Positions 1 through 8,118 of a stretch of DNA of 37,857 bases are shown one piece after another; position 1 is the stretch's first letter; every line of letters starts with the position of its first letter. The translations under genes and the position numbers were made by a program. Below the pieces are notes generated by a model. The model searched no databases. It saw only the letters and a program-made list of their open reading frames with translations, and was not told the origin of the DNA. The stretch comes from an uncultured Alistipes sp. (GTDB lineage: Bacteria > Bacillota > Clostridia > Oscillospirales > Ruminococcaceae): positions 1 through 37,857 of the forward strand of contig CAZTUV010000001.1 in the NCBI GenBank assembly GCA_964616595.1, in the 5' to 3' direction.

Positions 1-54
1 CACAGCACAGCACAGCACAGCACAGCACAGCACAGCACAGCACAGCACAGCACA
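1..54. repeat. (CACAG)n pentanucleotide tandem repeat, truncated by the window edge
   Basis: Ten perfect CACAG copies (1-50) plus CACA; translates as HSTAQ repeats. Confidence 0.97.
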
Positions 55-96
55 AGTGCTTGATTTGTCGTGTTCTGAAATTTTATACAGTAATTC

Positions 97-134
97 AAGG
101 CATATTTATACCTGAGGTATAAGTATGCCTTTTT
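97..134 (+). terminator. Rho-independent terminator/attenuator hairpin upstream of the accessory operon
   Basis: AAGGCATATTTATACC (97-112), TGA loop (113-115), GGTATAAGTATGCCTT (116-131): 16-bp stem with one G-U pair, followed by a T run. Confidence 0.8.
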
Positions 135-160
135 GTATTTTTTAATAATTGGAGGAAATT

Positions 161-460
161 ATGACTATTAACAAAAATCATATTGGTAGTAAAATGACAA
201 TTCAGCTTGAAGGTAGACTTGATACCACAACAACTCCTCAGTTGGAAAAAGAAATTAGTGAAGATTTAAAGTCACTTACTGAATTGGAATTTGACTTTGA
301 AAATCTTGCATATATTTCTTCAGCCGGACTTCGTATACTGTTATCCGCACAAAAGGTTATGAATAAACAGGGAAAAATGATAATCCGCAATGTCAATGAG
401 GACGTTATGGAAGTATTTGAAGTTACAGGATTTGTGGATATTCTGAATATTCAGGATTAA
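161..460 (+). CDS. STAS-domain anti-sigma factor antagonist (RsbV/SpoIIAA-like)
   Basis: LEGRLDT and YISSAGLR (phosphorylatable Ser) motifs; GGAGG at 151-155 supports ATG 161 over TTG 149. Confidence 0.9.
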   Translation: MTINKNHIGSKMTIQLEGRLDTTTTPQLEKEISEDLKSLTELEFDFENLAYISSAGLRILLSAQKVMNKQGKMIIRNVNEDVMEVFEVTGFVDILNIQD

Positions 461-490
461 GTAAACTATGAAACAGATGTGGTATACATA

Positions 491-1348
491 ATGGATTTAA
501 GAGAAATAACATTAAATGATAAAATTGAATTGACAAAACTTCGCAGTGAAAGTAATTGTTTAACAGCTCTTTCATTTCAGTCTTTGTATACATGGCAGGA
601 TTCTTTGGGACTTGAAATTTTTCTTGAAAATAAACTATGTGTTATTTATAGTATATATCACAAGAGCTATTTTTGCCCATTGGGCGATGAAAAAGAATAC
701 TTGAAGTTTATCGACAAACTTGTAAAAAAAGACCAACCTTTTAAAATTATGTATCTTTCAAAAGAACAGGCAGAACAATTGAAAAGGATATACAATGCTG
801 ATATAAGGATAAACAGAGATTTAAGTGAGTATGTGTATGAATCACAATCACTGGCATTAAATCAAAAAGCTTCTCGTAATTTTAAACGCAAGGTCAAAAA
901 CTTTATAAAGAACAATAATTATGAAGTTACTCGTATTTGCAATAAGGATATAATGGAAATAGAATATCTTATTTCAGAACATTTGAAAGATGTGAGTCTT
1001 GATGAGGATTTTCTGGCGTTGAAACGGGCAGTATATGCGTATGGAGAACTTGATTTGCAAGGGGTAATTCTCAGGGGAGATTCTGGTAATGTTGCCTTTT
1101 TAATAGGATATGAAAATGTATCTGATATCTTTACAATGGCAATGGTAAAATCAACTCCTGAATGGCAAAAGGAATCTGTTTCCGCTTGCATATTTGAAAT
1201 GGCCAGACTTATTTGTGACAAGTACAAATATGTGGATATGGAAGAAGATTTAGGGCTTTCTGGACTTCGCCAAATGAAAACACTATATGAACCAGTTGGA
1301 ATGTTAGATGCTTGGGAAGCTGAATTTAACTTTGAAAACAGTAAATAA
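491..1348 (+). CDS. DUF2156 / phosphatidylglycerol lysyltransferase C-terminal-like (GNAT/Fem-fold) protein
   Basis: C-terminal YVDMEEDLGLSGLRQMKTLYEP and RDLSEYVY resemble the stand-alone DUF2156 pattern; start is 479 (GTG) or 491 (ATG). Confidence 0.7.
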   Translation: MDLREITLNDKIELTKLRSESNCLTALSFQSLYTWQDSLGLEIFLENKLCVIYSIYHKSYFCPLGDEKEYLKFIDKLVKKDQPFKIMYLSKEQAEQLKRIYNADIRINRDLSEYVYESQSLALNQKASRNFKRKVKNFIKNNNYEVTRICNKDIMEIEYLISEHLKDVSLDEDFLALKRAVYAYGELDLQGVILRGDSGNVAFLIGYENVSDIFTMAMVKSTPEWQKESVSACIFEMARLICDKYKYVDMEEDLGLSGLRQMKTLYEPVGMLDAWEAEFNFENSK

Positions 1349-1400
1349 AAATCTTGGCAAAAACAATCCGCTAAAAAACTTATATAAGGAAGTATATTGA

Positions 1401-3215
1401 ATGGCTATTAAAGTGGATTACTTTTGTCGAAAAATGTTTGGAAGGATTTTTGTTGCATCAGGATTGTCCGGAATTGCATTGGCAATAGCAAATGTTATTG
1501 ATGCGATTTGCGTCGGTAGTGCTGTTGGCGAAACTGGTCTTGCTGCAATTGGAATTGTCAGTCCATTGTATATGATGTACAATGTTATAGGATAGAGGAG
1601 TAGATGAACTTAAAACCGGTAGTTCTCAGGTCCATTGTATATGATGTACAATGTTATAGGATATGGATTTTCCGTCGGAGGCTCTGTAACATTTGCAAAA
1701 CTTATGGGTGAGGGTAAGAAAAAAGAAGCAACTGACCATTTTAATGAAATGGTAATACTTTTGATGATTATATCCGTTTTTCTTACTATATTGGGAAATG
1801 TTTTTATAATACCATTATTATCACTACTTGGAGTTAAAAGTACATCGGGAATATTATTCGAACTTTGTAAGGATTATTTGGGAATTCTACTTAATGCTAT
1901 GCCTGTATTTATGCTTAATTTTATATTTAACGATTTTGCAAGAAGTGATGATGACCAGTATCTGGCTACTATTGCGTTTGTTACAGGCTGTTCTCTGGAT
2001 TTTGCTTTAAATCTGCTGTTTGTTACAGTTCTGAACTTTGGAATTAAGGGTGCAGCATATGCAACAGTTATTGCACAATTAGTAAGTGTACTTATTCTGT
2101 CGATACATTTTTTCAGAAAAGATAAATTACTTAAAATAAAAATAGTAAAACCTGATTTGTCAAGGTGCTTTAAATCTTTAAAAACAGGTATTTCAACATC
2201 AATAGAATCTTTATTTGTTTTGTCTTTTTTGCTTGTTGCAAATTGGCTGTTGATTTCCAGTACCACCGTAAATGGCGAACTTTATGTGGCTGTATTTGAT
2301 GTGGTTATGAATATATCATATATTACAAATAGTATCTTTCTTGCCTCAAGTGAAACACTTCGTCCATTGGCAAGTACCTTCTATGCAGAACATAATAAAA
2401 ATAGTATGTTTTATTCGTTGAAACTTTCGGTAAAATGGGGTTATATTTTAGGTTCTGTTCTGATAGCATTTATTGCTTTGTTTGCTGATGAATTTGCAAT
2501 GCTTTTTGGATTGAAAAGTGCTGAAAGTCTTTCAATTGCGATTTATGCAATAAGAATATTTTGCATAGGAGTGTTATTTTCAGGTTTTTCAATAATACTG
2601 TCAGCTTTTTATCAATCAGTCGATGAGGAGAAAAAAGCTGCAAGTATTACAATAATGAGGTCATTTATAGTACTCATTCCTGTTACCCTTTTAATAGGTA
2701 TTTTTAAAACTGAACTTTTCTGGTATGCTATGCCATTATCAGAAATTATAAGTTTTTTGATTGTTATGATTAGTTTTTTAAAAATCAAAAACGGTCAGGA
2801 TAATAATGATAATTATTTTTCCTATACTATTTACAGTATAGACAAAATGGGTGAATTGCTTCAAAAAACAGAAGAATTTTGCGAAAAGCAGGAAGCTAAT
2901 ATTAAACAGACAAATATGGTTGTAATGTTTATTGAAGAAACTTGTGAGGCAATTATACATAATGCTTTTAAGGGCAATGATGATGAATATATACAAATCA
3001 CACTTGTTTCTCAGAATGATGGGATTTTTGTTCTTCATGTTCGTGACAGTGCAGTTTTATTTAATCCTTTTGATATGAAAACACAGAAACTTGCAGGAGA
3101 ATCAGATGATGACAGTTTTATGAATTCAATTGGCATATTAATGATGAAAAATAAGGCAAAAACATTCTGTTATAGACGTTATCAGGGGTTTAATATGCTT
3201 ACAATTACATTTTAA
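1401..3215 (+). pseudogene. MATE-family transporter with C-terminal HATPase_c (anti-sigma-like) domain, interrupted by a 69-bp insertion/duplication
   Basis: 1401-1595 (IDAICVG..GLAAIGIVSP) and 1635-3215 are in the same frame; the insert adds in-frame stops. MATE motif FGIKGAAYATVIAQ; C-terminal FIEETCEAIIHNAF...LHVRDSAVLFNPF. Confidence 0.85.
1561..1663. repeat. 34-bp direct repeat flanking a 35-bp unrelated insert (repeat-spacer-repeat unit)
   Basis: GTCCATTGTATATGATGTACAATGTTATAGGATA at 1561-1594 and 1630-1663; insert GAGGAGTAGATGAACTTAAAACCGGTAGTTCTCAG at 1595-1629. Confidence 0.95.
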
Positions 3216-3230
3216 TCGGAGGATTTTGAC

Positions 3231-4967
3231 GTGAAAGAAAAAAAAAGACTATCTCTGGGTATAAAAACTTATATATTGATTGTAATTATTATGATACTGC
3301 TTGTTGGAATATCTATAACAGTGAGTTATAATGTTCATAAAAAAATGATAGATAGTTATTATAAGTCTCTTGTATCTCAAATAGGAAAAAGTGAGGCACA
3401 AATTCTGGATAAAGATACTATATCAGTTTTTTTGGAACTTTTAAAAACAGATGAATATCAACAGATGTTGGATACTGCTATAAAAAATAATGATGAACAG
3501 GCAGTAATCGATTATCTTACAGATAAAGATTTGTACGATGATTATCTTCAAATAAATTCTCAGCTGGATTGTTTCAGAGAAAACATGGAGGTAAAATATT
3601 TATATATTGAATCTGTACAGGGTGAATACAGCTTAAGTTTATTTGACCCTCAGGAAAGTATACTTACATTAGGCGTTAGACTGAATACTAATGAAGCATT
3701 TCTGGATTATACAACAAATTCACCTATACCTGCAACGGTTTCAAAGAGCGAATATGGTTGGCTTTGTTCTGGATATGAAAGTGTTATTGATGATTCAGGA
3801 AAAAGTATTGCACTTGTAGGTGTTGATATTGATATGAATGAAGTCATCAGTCAGCGTAAATCGTTCTTATATAGCCTGATTTTCTATATATTGTTACTTG
3901 TTTTTGCTGTTGCGGCTTTGACAGTGTATTTTACAAGCAAAACAGTTGTAAAACCACTTAATATGCTTTCGATGGCAGTAAAGGAATTCGTAAACAGTGA
4001 TAGTTATTCATTTAATGATGTTATGAATCTTCCTATTCATACAAGAGATGAAATAGAAGAATTATATATTGCCGTACAGAAAATGGAAGTGGATATTATT
4101 GAATATATCCAGAATATTAAAAAGGTAACAGTCGAAAAAGAACGCATCAGTGCAGAACTTAATGTGGCAACACAAATTCAGGCTGATATGCTTCCAAGTA
4201 TTTTTCCAGCTTTTCCGGACAGAAAAGAATTCGATATTTATGCCTCTATGACACCTGCCAAAGAAGTTGGTGGCGATTTCTATGATTTCTTTCTGATTGA
4301 TAATGACCATTTGGCAATTGTTATGGCAGATGTTTCAGGAAAGGGTGTTCCGGCTGCATTGTTTATGGTTATTGCTAAAACATTAATAAAAAATCGTACA
4401 CAGATGATATGCGGAAACGGAGAAAATTATTCACCGGCAGAAATACTTAGCTATGTGAATGAACAGCTTTGTGAAGGAAATGAGGCGGAATTGTTCGTTA
4501 CAGTATGGTTGGGTATATTGCAGATTTCCACGGGGCAAGGAATAGCAGCCAATGCAGGTCATGAATATCCGACTATTCGTAGGGCAGGCGGAAATTTTGA
4601 ACTTGTAAAAACTAAACATTCTCCTGCCGTTGCTGCAATGGAAGGAATGAAATTCAGGGAACATTCATTTGAATTACATTCAGGAGATAGTCTTTATGTG
4701 TACACAGACGGTGTTCCGGAGGCTACTAATGTTTACGATGAACTGTTCGGGACAGACAGAATGTTGGCTGCTTTAAATGAAAAACCAGACTCTTCTGCAA
4801 AGGAATTGCTGAACAGAGTAAAGAAACGTATTGATGCTTTTGTCGGCAATGCCTCACAGTTTGATGATATTACGATGCTTTGTTTGAATTATTTTGGGGA
4901 AGGAGAAATGACAGATGCAGGAATTGAACGTTCAGGCAAAAACGGAAAATCTGGAGCAAGTAATTGA
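3231..4967 (+). CDS. Membrane sensor PP2C/SpoIIE-family Ser phosphatase (RsbU-like) with HAMP domain
   Basis: Two TM segments; HAMP (DEIEELY); EVGGDFYD, ADVSGKGVPAALFM, YTDGVPEA and FDDITML motifs; GGAGG upstream of GTG. Confidence 0.92.
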   Translation: MKEKKRLSLGIKTYILIVIIMILLVGISITVSYNVHKKMIDSYYKSLVSQIGKSEAQILDKDTISVFLELLKTDEYQQMLDTAIKNNDEQAVIDYLTDKDLYDDYLQINSQLDCFRENMEVKYLYIESVQGEYSLSLFDPQESILTLGVRLNTNEAFLDYTTNSPIPATVSKSEYGWLCSGYESVIDDSGKSIALVGVDIDMNEVISQRKSFLYSLIFYILLLVFAVAALTVYFTSKTVVKPLNMLSMAVKEFVNSDSYSFNDVMNLPIHTRDEIEELYIAVQKMEVDIIEYIQNIKKVTVEKERISAELNVATQIQADMLPSIFPAFPDRKEFDIYASMTPAKEVGGDFYDFFLIDNDHLAIVMADVSGKGVPAALFMVIAKTLIKNRTQMICGNGENYSPAEILSYVNEQLCEGNEAELFVTVWLGILQISTGQGIAANAGHEYPTIRRAGGNFELVKTKHSPAVAAMEGMKFREHSFELHSGDSLYVYTDGVPEATNVYDELFGTDRMLAALNEKPDSSAKELLNRVKKRIDAFVGNASQFDDITMLCLNYFGEGEMTDAGIERSGKNGKSGASN

Positions 4968-5325
4968 TTTTGTAAATCAGCAACTTGAAAAAATTAATTG
5001 TTCTATGAAAGCACAGATACAGATTGATGTGGCAGTTGAAGAAATTTTCGTTAATGTTTCGCATTATGCTTATCAGTCGAATATTGGCGAGGTTATTGTG
5101 CGTATTCAGATTTGTCAGACTCCTTTGAAAGTAGTTATTACTTTTATTGACAGGGGAATCCCATATAACCCTTTGGATAAAAAAGACCCCGATGTGACTC
5201 TTTCGGCTGAAGAACGTGAAATTGGAGGACTGGGCATATATATGGTGAAAAAAAGTATGGATAAGGTTACTTATGTATATGAAGAGGGTCAAAATATATT
5301 GACTATTTACAAAGAAATTGTATGA
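4915..5325 (+). CDS. Anti-sigma factor / Ser kinase, HATPase_c (RsbW-like)
   Basis: AVEEIFVNVSHYAY, FIDRGIPYNP, GGLGIYMVKKSMD; AAGGAG at 4900-4905. Confidence 0.9.
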   Translation: MQELNVQAKTENLEQVIDFVNQQLEKINCSMKAQIQIDVAVEEIFVNVSHYAYQSNIGEVIVRIQICQTPLKVVITFIDRGIPYNPLDKKDPDVTLSAEEREIGGLGIYMVKKSMDKVTYVYEEGQNILTIYKEIV

Positions 5326-5333
5326 GGTGCAGT

Positions 5334-7183
5334 ATGAAAGAGAATTTTGAAAATTCACTTGAACGACATTATAAAGAAGTGCCACCGGAAGATACTGTTT
5401 TCAATATATATTCAGCATTACATAAATGTGGCATAAAAACTATATATTCTCAAAATACAATTGCTGTAAATGGTTGTTGTTCAAATAGGGTCACTATTGA
5501 TGGAACGTCTCTTGGTTCAAACGGAAAAGGCGTTAACCATATATTTGCTCTTGCAAGTGGTTATGCAGAACTGGCAGAACGTTTACAAAATAATATGATT
5601 TATGTGGGTGAACATAATCCTGAACTTTTTAAAGAAAATGGATTTTGTTATTCTCCTGATGAAAAATGGATTTCCAAGTATGAACTGGCAAATGCAAATG
5701 ATGCATTTATGTCCCGTTTATATACAAAAAACAAATGTGATAATTACTTTGATAAAATAAAGTTGCTTGGAAGTCTGACGGATATGATGCAAAAAAATGG
5801 AATGTTTCTGAAAAAGGCAGTATTCTTTCTGTTCCGTTTTATAGCCTGAAATCCAAAAATACCGTTTATCTTCCTTATGTAATTTATTCTAAAATGTATG
5901 GCAGTAATGGAATGAGTGCGGGCAATACATTTGAAGAAGCAATGGTTCAGGGATTGTCAGAAATCTATGAAAGATATGTAAATAGATATATTCTTGAAAA
6001 TTCTATAACACCACCATCAGTTCCGCAATCTGTACTTGAGTCAAGTAAAATGAACGATGTAATCCACGAAATTACTAAGAGTGGACGTTATAATGTAATC
6101 GTTAAGGATTTATCATTAGGTAAAGGATATCCTGTATTAGGAACTGTAATATCAGACAGGAAAACAGGAAACTTTGGATTTCGTCTTGGGGCTCACCCTT
6201 CTTTTGAAATCGCATTGGAACGTACTTTGACAGAGGCGTTTCAGGGACGTTCAATAGAAAACTTTATAGGTACAGCTTCAATTGGAACAGACGAACAGGT
6301 ATCATCTGATTCAAATATTTATTCTATATTCAGAAATGGAGAAGGATATTATCGTAGCAGTCTTTTTGAAAAAGAACCAGATTATGAATATACTCCTTTT
6401 AATGATGTTTCAGATATATCAAACAGAGAATTGATGAATTATATGCTTGAGCCATTAATGAAAAATAATTATGATGTTTTTATTCGTCAATCGGGGTATC
6501 TGGGATTACCTGCATTGCAGATTATTATACCAGGAATAAATGAAATAAATGATGCAGATTTGATGACATTCCGAGGATATAATACTCAATATGCTATTTC
6601 TGAAGGATTTGGCATGGGGAAAGTATGGAGTGAAGATTTGAAAAACAGAGTTGTACGTTATGTAAAGTACAAACTCTATCAGAATAAAATAACTGATTGT
6701 ACAATAAAACGTATTTTTTCACGACCATTTACCTATATTCTTGTAGATTCAAATATTGATTTGCCATTGATAATATCATTTATCTTTTATTCTATGATGA
6801 ATTATGATGAAGCAGTGCAGTTAATTGATAGTATTTCATTAGATTCCATTAAAACAGAAAATAAAACATTGGTAAAATGTGTTAGTTTGTATATGCATCA
6901 GATAGAAGATGGTAAAAAACATGATGAAGTTTCAGAATTGATACATATGCTTTATGAAGATGTTCTGGCGGATAAGATATGCAATTGGCTTTGTGAACCC
7001 GAGAAAACAATGGAAAAAGTATTTCCCGTTCCACCATGTTGGAATTGTGAAGAATGTGCTTATTCAAAAGATGGACGATGTAATTATTTAAATGTTTATG
7101 ATGTATTTCGTAAACTTGGAATGGAAATGAATAAATATTTCCCGAATCAAGAAGATTTGAAAAGTGTATTTGAAAATATTTAA
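5334..7183 (+). pseudogene. YcaO-family protein, split by a -1 frameshift at an A7 tract (5791-5797)
   Basis: N part has SNGKG..ALASGYAELAER. Adding one A restores WNVSEKGSILSVPFYSL..VYLP..YGSNGMSAGNTFEEAMVQGLSEIYER. Also GAHPSFEIALERTLTE and a C-terminal CWNCEEC..C cluster. Confidence 0.85.
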
Positions 7184-7260
7184 AGTATATTTGCAGTATG
7201 AATATATCGTCTGATATATGAAACTGTGATATAAATATAATTTTATGGAGGTAGATTAAG

Positions 7261-7572
7261 ATGAATGAGAAACTCATGATTCTTCTTGAAGAAATTCAAA
7301 AAAATGAAGAGCTTCAGGAAAAACTGCGTGGATGCAACAACATTGAGGAAATGTATGAGGTGTCTACAAAGTATGTGGACGGTTATACTATGGAGGAATT
7401 AAAAACTTCTTTGTCCATAGCAAACAGCAATCTCAGCGAAGAACTCTCTGATGAGGACTTGGAAATGGTTGCTGGCGGTAGCAAAGGCAATATCGGAAAG
7501 ATGATTAAAAATCCACCTAAGTGGAAAGATATTGGTGAGGATTTGAAAGACCTCTTAACATTGGGCCTTTAA
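7261..7572 (+). CDS. Nif11-like leader RiPP precursor peptide A1
   Basis: Leader NEELQEKL..GYTMEEL..ELSDEDLEMVAGG; predicted core from 7480: SKGNIGKMIKNPPKWKDIGEDLKDLLTLGL; GGAGG RBS. Confidence 0.9.
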   Translation: MNEKLMILLEEIQKNEELQEKLRGCNNIEEMYEVSTKYVDGYTMEELKTSLSIANSNLSEELSDEDLEMVAGGSKGNIGKMIKNPPKWKDIGEDLKDLLTLGL

Positions 7573-7625
7573 TCGGGTTGAATGAAGGAGTTGGCTGTTG
7601 ACTCGCCGATAACTGTGTCATGAAA

Positions 7626-7673
7626 CTGATGAACTGATTTTTTGTAATATTATTTGGATAATCAGTTCATCAG
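7626..7673. promoter_or_regulatory. Intergenic stem-loop between the two precursor genes
   Basis: Perfect 14-bp inverted repeat CTGATGAACTGATT / AATCAGTTCATCAG with 20-nt loop; no U tail. Confidence 0.6.
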
Positions 7674-7703
7674 ATTGAAAAATATTTAAAAAGGAGATTC
7701 GTT

Positions 7704-8048
7704 ATGAGCAGATTTGAAGAGTTTCTTAATGAAACAAAGGTAAATGATGAACTTGGTGCTGGTATGAGAAAGATGTTTGAAGATGAAAACATCTCAGATA
7801 AGAAGCAGGGTCTCATCGACTATGGTAAAGCAAATGGTTATGAATTTACAGAAGATGATATGAAAGCATATTCTGCAAAACTGAATGAAGAAGATGCTGA
7901 ACTTTCTGAAGATGAACTTGATGCTGTTGCAGGTGGTAGCAAGGCTGGTGCAAAAAAGTTCTTTGAAGACTTTAGTACCGGTTTCAGAATAGGTTTCCAT
8001 TCTATGGCTACAAGCTTAGGTCTCTGTTTCATTGACAGCGAGGACTGA
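7704..8048 (+). CDS. Nif11-like leader RiPP precursor peptide A2
   Basis: Leader GKANGYEFTEDD..ELSEDELDAVAGG; predicted core from 7938: SKAGAKKFFEDFSTGFRIGFHSMATSLGLCFIDSED; AAGGAG RBS. Confidence 0.92.
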   Translation: MSRFEEFLNETKVNDELGAGMRKMFEDENISDKKQGLIDYGKANGYEFTEDDMKAYSAKLNEEDAELSEDELDAVAGGSKAGAKKFFEDFSTGFRIGFHSMATSLGLCFIDSED

Positions 8049-8118
8049 TTCTGAAAATTTGTACAGGAGCATATTTGCAAATGTAGTCTGTGTATTAGCA
8101 TGAAAGGAATTTTATATA

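Noticed and set aside
1561..1663. Calling this a functional CRISPR array
   Set aside because: Only two repeats, the repeat is MATE coding sequence, and there is no leader or cas gene in the window. Reported as a scar instead.
4915..4967. 53-bp overlap of the PP2C and RsbW-like genes as a frameshifted fusion
   Set aside because: A good AAGGAG sits 9 nt before ATG 4915 and both domains are complete, so two overlapping genes is the simpler reading.
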